NCBI GenBank assembly: GCA_026415775.1
Contig: JAOAGL010000001.1
Span: 111,057 to 175,056, forward strand
Origin: Patescibacteria group bacterium
GTDB lineage: Bacteria; Patescibacteriota; Minisyncoccia; UBA6257; JAAZHW01
Direction: 5' to 3'
DNA length: 64,000 bases
This document shows, piece by piece, positions 56,755-64,000 of this stretch. Both the position numbers and the translations under genes were made by a program. The notes beneath the pieces are model-generated. The model had not been told where the DNA came from, ran no database searches, and was given only the letters and a program-made list of their open reading frames with translations. The first letter of the stretch is position 1. Every line of letters starts with the position of its first letter.

Positions 56755-58707
56755 ATGCTAAGAAAGATAAAAAATATACTTAAAAAAATTAAATTGAGAA
56801 AATTGTCTTTGACTCAAGGGGTGGTTTTGGGTTTGTTTATAAATTTTATAGCAGTTTTTAAAACCCATGCACAAACCTCCTATATTACTTCAAAAGTCAT
56901 TTATGGTATTTTTAGTTGGATTTCACATCTAATTGCTATTATTGCTTCTCAAATCATTATTTTAGAAGCAAAACTCTTGGCTTTAATTATTAATGCTTCC
57001 GTCTTTACAAAAATGCCCGTTGTTCAAACAGGATGGCGAATCGCGCGCGATTTCACCAACATCTTATTTATAATAATTTTAATTTACATTGCTTTTTCTT
57101 ATATTTTGAGAGTGCAATCAAGAGCAACAAAAGGTTTATTGGTCAAAATGATTATTATGGCTATTTTGATTAATTTTAGTTTGATGATTGGCGGAGTTAT
57201 TATAGATTTTTCAAATATGTTTTTCAGATATTTTATTTTCGGTTCTTTGGGCGGAGATTCGAGTGGTTTAAGTGGTGTCAGATTTACTAATGCACTAGCT
57301 GATGCTTTATCATTGCAAACATTTATGAAAAGTCAGTCTGTTCAAGAACCTACAGCTACCTCTACACCAGCAGAGTGGCAAACATGGGTAGAATCACAAA
57401 TGGCGGGTGCTCAAGAAAAAACTGCTTTGATGGGGATTGCAAAATTAATGTTTACCATTATCTTTAGCTTTTTAATGATTATAATTTTTGGCGCTCTCGT
57501 GGGTATTTTATTTGTTCGTCTTTTCTGGTTGTGGATTTTATTAATTTTTGCTCCTCTGGCGTGGGTGATATCGTTAATTTCAATTCCCGGCACGCCGGGC
57601 AATATTGCTAAGCAGTGGTGGGATAAATTTTTGCAGTGGTGTTTTGTAGCTCCAGTAATGGGATTTTTCATTTATTTAGCTTTAGAGACAGCGGGTCATG
57701 TTAAACAACTGACCATTCCTGATAGAATAGTAACTGGAATGAGTTCTGTAATGTATAACCTTCAAGAAATAATGCAAATGTTTTTAGTGGCTGGTTTTAT
57801 TGTTGCGGGGTTGATAGCAGGGGAGAAAATGGGAGCAAAAATTGCTGCTAAGGCGCATGGTATTGTAACCTCGGCTGGCAATAAAGTAAAAGGAGCTGTT
57901 AAAAATAAAGCTTCTTTATGGGCATTGCGAGCTGCTAATGCTCCGGCCACTGGTTTGGAAAAAGCCGCTAGTAAATCCGATGTAGCAAAAGCGCTAATCG
58001 GAATCACTGGATTGGGCATGGCTAGTCGTTATGTTTCCCGCAAAGCCGAGGAGGCTGAAAGTAAGGATTGGAATGAGAGAAAGAAGAAGTACGAATCTGT
58101 TGGCGTTGATCAATTAAAGAAAATGGCTAATTCAGCTTTGATGCCGGCCGAAAGAGCGGCAATGTTCTCGGTTTTAGCTCAAAAAGGAGGAATTGATGAT
58201 TCTAACAAAGATCAAGCTATATCATTGTTAAATAGGTATGATAAAGATTCTTATAAGAAAGTTTTAAGTGAACACCCTGAATGGCATCCTGCTGTTCAAA
58301 CAGCGGTCAAGAGTAATGATATACAACAAGTAAAAAATGTTATTAAATCAAATTCTGACATTGATATAAATAAATTTAATATTAGCAAAATTAAAGATGA
58401 AACTATTCTTTCAGCTGTTGTTGAGCTAAAGATTGATTTGGATCCAGAAAAAGCAGCATTAGAATTAAGAAATCTTGATTTAGATTTGTTAAATAAATTA
58501 ACCACGCATATTAAGGAAAGATTCAAAGGTTTAGATATTGAAAGCAAAAAAGAATTTGCCAAAAAGATGAAAAGTGGTTATACCGGTCGACAATGGTTTA
58601 ATGCAAATTTAAACGCTGATTTAGAAGCAGCATTAGAAGAAGAAGCATTAAAAGAACAAAAACAAAAAGAAGAAAAAGAAGAACCGAAAGTTAAATTGTA
58701 TAAATAA
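56755..58707 (+). CDS. polytopic membrane protein, possible VirB6/TrbL-like T4SS channel component
   Basis: At least 8 TM helices in the N-terminal two-thirds, then a hydrophilic K/E-rich C-terminal domain. Sits in a cluster with a VirB4 ATPase. Confidence 0.4.
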   Translation: MLRKIKNILKKIKLRKLSLTQGVVLGLFINFIAVFKTHAQTSYITSKVIYGIFSWISHLIAIIASQIIILEAKLLALIINASVFTKMPVVQTGWRIARDFTNILFIIILIYIAFSYILRVQSRATKGLLVKMIIMAILINFSLMIGGVIIDFSNMFFRYFIFGSLGGDSSGLSGVRFTNALADALSLQTFMKSQSVQEPTATSTPAEWQTWVESQMAGAQEKTALMGIAKLMFTIIFSFLMIIIFGALVGILFVRLFWLWILLIFAPLAWVISLISIPGTPGNIAKQWWDKFLQWCFVAPVMGFFIYLALETAGHVKQLTIPDRIVTGMSSVMYNLQEIMQMFLVAGFIVAGLIAGEKMGAKIAAKAHGIVTSAGNKVKGAVKNKASLWALRAANAPATGLEKAASKSDVAKALIGITGLGMASRYVSRKAEEAESKDWNERKKKYESVGVDQLKKMANSALMPAERAAMFSVLAQKGGIDDSNKDQAISLLNRYDKDSYKKVLSEHPEWHPAVQTAVKSNDIQQVKNVIKSNSDIDINKFNISKIKDETILSAVVELKIDLDPEKAALELRNLDLDLLNKLTTHIKERFKGLDIESKKEFAKKMKSGYTGRQWFNANLNADLEAALEEEALKEQKQKEEKEEPKVKLYK

Positions 58708-58743
58708 AATAAAAAACAGAAAATTTTTTAAACAAATAAAATT

Positions 58744-59919
58744 ATGAATAATAATACATTAATTAATTCAGAAGAAACAATAGAAAATATTAGAAAAAGA
58801 ATGGATAAATTACCTGATAACATTCAGAAGATTCTTATTAGTAATGAGTTGGCCGATTATTTTTTAGAATTAGATCGTCAAAACTATTTGACGATGGAAC
58901 AATTTGATGTAATGGTAGAGACAACACATCAAGTTTTTTTGGGCATGATTAATCCGAGTGTTTTTCTCCCGTTATTGTCCGGCAAATTAATAGATAAAGG
59001 ACTTCATCCTGTCATTGCCAAGGAAATTGCTCAAAAAATCGAAAGTAAACTCATTGCTCCAATAAGAGATGATTTAGAAAAAATTTATCATCGTTTTTCA
59101 GCGATGGAAAAATTAGAAGGAAAAACCCAAGAAGAAGTCCAAAAACAAAAAGAAGAAATATCGAAACCTTTAGAAGCGCAAGAAACACCCCCCACCTCAT
59201 TAATTATTGAAAGTCAAAAATTGCCACAAGAAACTTCTGGGGGAGAGATTAAGTCAATGGACACGATTATTAAGCCCAAATCAGAAGAAATTGCTCCACC
59301 CATTCAACCATCAGAAGAGAAGCCAAGGCGTTCCTTTTTGTCATTTTTGAAATTCAAACAACCAACTGAAGAAAAACCTGCGGAAAAAGTAATTATTGGG
59401 AAAGAAGAAGAATCCAAACCAGTTTTGGAGGAATCTTCACCATGGCGAATTAGCTTTGAGGATGTTCAACCAGCCAAAGAAAAAGTAGTTTCAGAAATTG
59501 AGTTAAAACACGAGGAAGAAATTAAACCAATTGGAAAGATAGAAAAACCAGTTTTTGAAAAAGAGGAAATAATTCAGAAAGAAGGAACTCCCACCATACC
59601 CGCTGAAACCATACCAGCAATGCAAGCAGCCGCACCTCCCCTAGAGAAAAAGTTAGAACCCCCCATTCCTGAAATGAAAACAGCCGAACCAATGATAGAA
59701 AAAGAAATTTTCCCAAGCGCTAAGCCGCTATCAGAACCCCCAGAGATAAAACATGAAACAATAAACTTAACACAAAATAAACCTTCGTTAGAAGAGCAAG
59801 CGCCAGAATCGGCCACGATTAAGGAATCCCCCAAAGAAGAACCAGAAAAGATTAAAGAAGGAGATTCACAGAATGTTCCCGCTGAGAATGTAATTGATTT
59901 AAGAAAACTGAAATTCTAA
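58744..59919 (+). CDS. hypothetical E/K/P-rich protein
   Basis: Low-complexity acidic or proline-rich C-terminal half. Confidence 0.35.
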   Translation: MNNNTLINSEETIENIRKRMDKLPDNIQKILISNELADYFLELDRQNYLTMEQFDVMVETTHQVFLGMINPSVFLPLLSGKLIDKGLHPVIAKEIAQKIESKLIAPIRDDLEKIYHRFSAMEKLEGKTQEEVQKQKEEISKPLEAQETPPTSLIIESQKLPQETSGGEIKSMDTIIKPKSEEIAPPIQPSEEKPRRSFLSFLKFKQPTEEKPAEKVIIGKEEESKPVLEESSPWRISFEDVQPAKEKVVSEIELKHEEEIKPIGKIEKPVFEKEEIIQKEGTPTIPAETIPAMQAAAPPLEKKLEPPIPEMKTAEPMIEKEIFPSAKPLSEPPEIKHETINLTQNKPSLEEQAPESATIKESPKEEPEKIKEGDSQNVPAENVIDLRKLKF

Positions 59920-59931
59920 AAATTAAATAAT

Positions 59932-60336
59932 ATGCCGACAACACAAGTTCCACAATTTATTAATTTAGAAAGCAAAATTGTTGGGCCGTTAACCCTTCGT
60001 CAATTTTTATTTCTGGGGGGCGGAGGAGTTTTAATTTTTATTTTAAATTCTATTTTAACAACAGGTCTATGGATTTTAGTAAGCATTGTTATTGGTTTAA
60101 TTTCAATTGCTTTGGCTTTTGTGAAAATTAACGAGCAGCCGCTTCATAAAATCCTAATCAACGCTTTAAAATTTTATATTAATCCTCGTTTATATACTTG
60201 GAAAAAACCACAAGCAACAAAGCCATTATTAAAAGAAACAAAACCAATTGTTGCTAAAAAAGAAGAAAAAAAGCGATTAACCGTCGAAGAATTAGAAGCA
60301 ATAGCTAAACAATTAGAAGAAAAAAATAATCAATAA
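59932..60336 (+). CDS. PrgI/VirB3-like small membrane protein
   Basis: 134 aa. INLESKIVGPLTLRQFLFLGGGGVLIFIL then a second TM. Directly upstream of the VirB4-like ATPase cluster, as in Gram-positive PrgI-PrgJ arrangements. Confidence 0.5.
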   Translation: MPTTQVPQFINLESKIVGPLTLRQFLFLGGGGVLIFILNSILTTGLWILVSIVIGLISIALAFVKINEQPLHKILINALKFYINPRLYTWKKPQATKPLLKETKPIVAKKEEKKRLTVEELEAIAKQLEEKNNQ

Positions 60337-60338
60337 TT

Positions 60339-61043
60339 ATGATAGGAGGCGCTTCTACAGAAAAATTCATAGATATTGAGACAATCAAAGACGATTGCGT
60401 TATTTTAAAAGACGGCTCTTTAAGGGCGGTTTTAATGGTTTCTGGCATTAACTTTGATTTATTGTCGGAAACTGAACAAGAGATAGTGTTAAATGCTTAC
60501 CAGAATTTATTAAATTCTTTAGATTTTCCACTGCAAATTCTTGTTCATTCTCGAAAAATCAATCTTGATAATTATTTGCAAAAGATTAAAGAAATTGAAA
60601 AAAACGAGCAGAACGAACTTTTGAAATTGCAAATTCAAGAATACCGCAATTTTATCGATGAATTAATAAAAAGCACCAATATTATGACAAAAAGATTTTA
60701 TGTTGTTATTCCTTATTCGCCATCACTTATTTCCGCAAGTAGCTCGGCTAATCCATTAACGCAAATTTTTCAAAAATTACCTTTTGGCAAGCAAAAAGCA
60801 AATATTCAACAACAAGAAATTGATGCCGAAACACAATTTGTTAATAATAAAATGCAATTATATCATCGCGTCAGCGCTGTTATTTCTGCTTTGAAGCCAA
60901 TGGGTTTAAATGCCATCCGTCTTAAAACGCCGGAGTTAATTGAATTATATTACAACTTTTATAATCCCGAAAAACAAGAAAGGGTCGGTTTGGCTATTAC
61001 AGCCGAACTAGAACAATTAGAAGAAGAACCATTAATAGAGTAA
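60339..61043 (+). CDS. hypothetical protein in T4SS-like cluster
   Basis: 234 aa, no TM. Start overlaps the upstream stop closely, suggesting translational coupling. Confidence 0.35.
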   Translation: MIGGASTEKFIDIETIKDDCVILKDGSLRAVLMVSGINFDLLSETEQEIVLNAYQNLLNSLDFPLQILVHSRKINLDNYLQKIKEIEKNEQNELLKLQIQEYRNFIDELIKSTNIMTKRFYVVIPYSPSLISASSSANPLTQIFQKLPFGKQKANIQQQEIDAETQFVNNKMQLYHRVSAVISALKPMGLNAIRLKTPELIELYYNFYNPEKQERVGLAITAELEQLEEEPLIE

Positions 61044-61047
61044 AAAT

Positions 61048-62850
61048 ATGCCATTTTTACCTTTTTCATCAAAAAAAGACGAAGAAATAAAAATTCCGAA
61101 ACCATCGCGAACGGGCTTGCAAACCATTAGAGAAATTTTAACCCCACCCGCTTTGGAGATAGAGTCAACATATGTACGCCTGGGCGATTTGTATACCAAA
61201 ACTTACTATATTATTTCGTATCCGCGCTATCTTACTTCTGGTTGGTTTTCGCCTGTCCTCAATATTGACCAAACAGTTGATGTTTCTATTTTTGTTCAGC
61301 CAGTTGATACAGGAGTAGCCTTAAAACAATTACGAAGAAAAGTAGCTCAAGTAGAAGCTCAACTTTTAGAAAGAGAAGAAAAGGGATTGGTGAGAGATCC
61401 AGTGTTAGAAACCGCTTATCAAGATTTAGAAAACTTACGTGACGCCTTGCAGCAAGCAAGAGAAAAACTTTTTGAAGTCGGTGTTTATATTGCTATTTAC
61501 GCCTCTAATCTCAAAGAATTGGAAGAAATTGAGCAGAAAATTATAAGTTTCTTGGAGGGGAGAATGGTCTATATAAAACCAGCACTTTTTCAACAATCGG
61601 AGGGGTTATTATCTTGCTTTCCTTTGAATAAGGATTATTTGAGCGTTCATTCAACATTGAATTCTTCGCCTGTTTCTACTTTTTTCCCTTTTATTTCTTT
61701 GGATTTAACTTCAGATAAAGGAATTTTTTACGGCATTAATCGACATAATAATAGTTTGATTATTTTTGATAGGTTCTCTTTAGAAAATGGTAATATGGTA
61801 ATTTTTGCTAAATCCGGTAGCGGTAAATCTTATTTTTGTAAATTGGAGGTTTTGCGTTCTTTAATGATGGGAACCGATGTAATTATTATTGATCCCGAGA
61901 AAGAATACCAGCATTTAGCAGAAACAGTTGGAGGTTCATTTATAAATATTTCTTTAACTTCAGAGCACCATATTAATCCTTTTGATTTGCCACCGCCTCG
62001 TCCTGATGAAAAACCCGAAGAGGTTTTGAAATCAAACATTTTAAATCTTACGGGTTTATTAAGAATTATGCTTGGTGAATTAACTTCTGAACAAATTGGA
62101 ATTTTGGATAGAGCGATTGCTGAAACTTATGCCTCCCGCGATATTACTCCAGAAAGCGATTTTACCAAATTAACTCCCCCATTAATGGAGGATTTGCAAG
62201 CGGTGTTGGAAAATATGGAGGGTGGTGCTGAATTGGCTGATAGATTATTTAAATTTACGCGAGGCACTTTCGCTGGTTTTCTCAATAAACCCACTAATGT
62301 TGATATTGATAATCGTTTGGTTGTTTTTGCCATTCGTGATTTAGAAGATGAGCTGCGGCCAATTGCAATGTATATGGTTTTGAATTTTATTTGGAATTTA
62401 ATTCGTTCGCAACTAAAAAGAAGAATTTTGATTGTTGATGAAGCATGGTGGATGATGAAATATCCAGCAGGCGCAGATTTCTTGTTTGGATTAGTAAAGC
62501 GTTGTCGAAAATATCATATGGGCGTGACAACAATTACCCAAGATGTTGAAGATTTTATAAGAACGCCGCAAGGGAAACCAATTATCACAAATTCCGCGTT
62601 GCAATTGCTTTTAAAGCAATCGCCTGCTTCTATTGAGGTGGTAGCCGAAACATTTAATTTAACTGAAGCAGAGAAACAATTGCTTTTAAGCGCTAATGTA
62701 GGAGAGGGGATATTTTTTGCGGGTGCAAAACATGTGGCTATTAAAGTAATTGCCTCTTATACCGAGGATCAGATAATTACTACCAATCCAGCTCAAATGC
62801 TTCAAATTGAAAAAGCCAAAGAAATGTTTGATAAAAGCTTTGGGGCATAG
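61048..62850 (+). CDS. VirB4/TraE/PrgJ-family type IV secretion ATPase
   Basis: Walker A FAKSGSGKSYFCK and Walker B ILIVDEAWWMM. About 600-aa size and domain order match the VirB4 C-terminal ATPase. Confidence 0.75.
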   Translation: MPFLPFSSKKDEEIKIPKPSRTGLQTIREILTPPALEIESTYVRLGDLYTKTYYIISYPRYLTSGWFSPVLNIDQTVDVSIFVQPVDTGVALKQLRRKVAQVEAQLLEREEKGLVRDPVLETAYQDLENLRDALQQAREKLFEVGVYIAIYASNLKELEEIEQKIISFLEGRMVYIKPALFQQSEGLLSCFPLNKDYLSVHSTLNSSPVSTFFPFISLDLTSDKGIFYGINRHNNSLIIFDRFSLENGNMVIFAKSGSGKSYFCKLEVLRSLMMGTDVIIIDPEKEYQHLAETVGGSFINISLTSEHHINPFDLPPPRPDEKPEEVLKSNILNLTGLLRIMLGELTSEQIGILDRAIAETYASRDITPESDFTKLTPPLMEDLQAVLENMEGGAELADRLFKFTRGTFAGFLNKPTNVDIDNRLVVFAIRDLEDELRPIAMYMVLNFIWNLIRSQLKRRILIVDEAWWMMKYPAGADFLFGLVKRCRKYHMGVTTITQDVEDFIRTPQGKPIITNSALQLLLKQSPASIEVVAETFNLTEAEKQLLLSANVGEGIFFAGAKHVAIKVIASYTEDQIITTNPAQMLQIEKAKEMFDKSFGA

Positions 62851-62884
62851 CTTAATTTTTTAATAAAATTTATTTATAATATAT

Positions 62885-63376
62885 ATGGAGCAAGAAAATG
62901 AAGATTTACAATTGAATCAAGAAGAAGAGGATACAGAATTAAAAGAAGAAGCTGAAGAAACTCCGGCGGGGCCTAAAATTTCTTCAATTGAATTTTTTAT
63001 TTGGCCTTTACCTGCGGCGGTTTTATCTGATTTGGTTGATTTACTTCAGTTAACGGGGGTTGGTGTGATTATTAGCTGGGCAGTTAATATTTTGTGCGGC
63101 GGTTCATTGACATTATGGTTATTTATGAAAGGGCTGAGGGGGGAATTTATGTTGCTGGGTAGTGTTATCGATATGATTCCCGTTGTAGGTTCATTACCGA
63201 CAAAAACAACTATAATGATTTGGATATATGTTCAACAGAAACATCCAGAGAAATTAAAGATGGCGGCAAAAGGATTAGAGGTTGCTGGGAAAGTAAAACC
63301 TGAATTGGCTGCTGCTGGCAAAGCATTAGAAGCGGCGAATAATATGACCTCACAAAAAAATGAAGAATCTCAATAA
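62885..63376 (+). CDS. hypothetical membrane protein
   Basis: Acidic N-terminus, 3 TM helices. Confidence 0.35.
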   Translation: MEQENEDLQLNQEEEDTELKEEAEETPAGPKISSIEFFIWPLPAAVLSDLVDLLQLTGVGVIISWAVNILCGGSLTLWLFMKGLRGEFMLLGSVIDMIPVVGSLPTKTTIMIWIYVQQKHPEKLKMAAKGLEVAGKVKPELAAAGKALEAANNMTSQKNEESQ

Positions 63377-64000
63377 ACAAAAAATTTTAGTTCTTTTGAT
63401 AATGACACTTTTGATAATTAAAGGAGATTTTGTGTTTGGGCAAACTTTGAAAAACCCCGAAAGTTTTCTTTATTTAACTTGGGAGAGCGATGGAATGATT
63501 CCGATTGAATATCAAGGCAAGGCATTGCCAGCGCGTTTCGCGGTAATAAAGGTTTCGGTTCAACCTCTAATTTATTCTGCAAAAAATGGTAATTATTTAA
63601 ATTCCGATCAGTGGAGTTATCGCTGGTATGTAAACGATAATTTAATAAATGAAGGAGTAGGATTAAAATCAATTAGATTTCGACCAAAAGATTTCAATAA
63701 AAATTCTTATAATGTAAAAGTTTCAATTTTAACATCCGCATCAAGTCAGCCCGTTGAAAAAACCATAACAATTAATTTGGCTCAGCCAGCCGTATTTTTC
63801 CGAATATTCGGGGAAAAGAAAATTGTTCAAGGTCAGTATTCGAGTAGTGGATCATTATTGCAATTAGAAGCAGTTCCATTTTTCTTTGGCGGCGACGACC
63901 CAAAACAACTTCATTATATGTGGCGAATTAATAATGAAAGGGTAAGTAATCTGGATAATGAACGCATATTGATATTGCCTAAAGCCGAGGAGGGAGAAAA
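63360..64000 (+). CDS. secreted hypothetical protein (3' partial, runs off the window)
   Basis: ATG at 63360. Signal peptide MKNLNKQKILVLLIMTLLIIKGDFVFGQ. Stop-free by manual translation to nt 64000. Not in the ORF track because it is unterminated. Confidence 0.5.
   Translation, partial: MKNLNKQKILVLLIMTLLIIKGDFVFGQTLKNPESFLYLTWESDGMIPIEYQGKALPARFAVIKVSVQPLIYSAKNGNYLNSDQWSYRWYVNDNLINEGVGLKSIRFRPKDFNKNSYNVKVSILTSASSQPVEKTITINLAQPAVFFRIFGEKKIVQGQYSSSGSLLQLEAVPFFFGGDDPKQLHYMWRINNERVSNLDNERILILPKAEEGE

Overview
This is a low-GC, gene-dense bacterial window (about 30% GC, short intergenic spacers, weak Shine-Dalgarno signals). I infer a reduced-genome, Candidate Phyla Radiation/Patescibacteria-like organism. 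Most of the window is ordinary housekeeping: ligA, gatCA, ftsK, ftsH, leuS, gpmI, pcrA, rsmA, the infC-rpmI-rplT operon, smpB-ssrA, rtcB, a CCA-adding enzyme, sua5/tsaC, an iscR-nifS-nifU-fdx operon, plsC, six tRNAs, RNase P RNA and tmRNA. The main accessory system is a complete diversity-generating retroelement (DGR) at about 6.7-10.1 kb. It comprises a target gene that fuses an N-terminal type IV pilin motif to a C-terminal FGE/C-type-lectin fold, a 125-nt variable repeat (VR) at the 3' end of that gene, a four-helix-bundle avd, a 124-nt template repeat (TR) and a DGR-type reverse transcriptase. Ten of the eleven TR/VR substitutions lie at TR adenines. The VR also carries a 1-nt indel relative to TR that moves the canonical ...VGFRCAR-stop ending out of frame. 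A perfect 12-bp hairpin sits 4 nt downstream of the VR. The DGR lies beside tRNA-Arg and a GC-rich, hairpin-dense tRNA-derived element. Other accessory content is an array of four VirB2/TrbC-like T4SS pilin paralogs at the window start and a VirB4-ATPase-centred T4SS-like cluster at 55-63 kb. There is also a four-gene type IV pseudopilin operon at 19.4-21.3 kb. An isolated island of about 1.4 kb, clearly more GC-rich than its flanks, encodes a secreted beta-rich protein bracketed by its own terminators. A tRNA-Ile carries a UAU anticodon, and infC appears to start on a non-AUG codon. There is no CRISPR array, rRNA or classical transposase.
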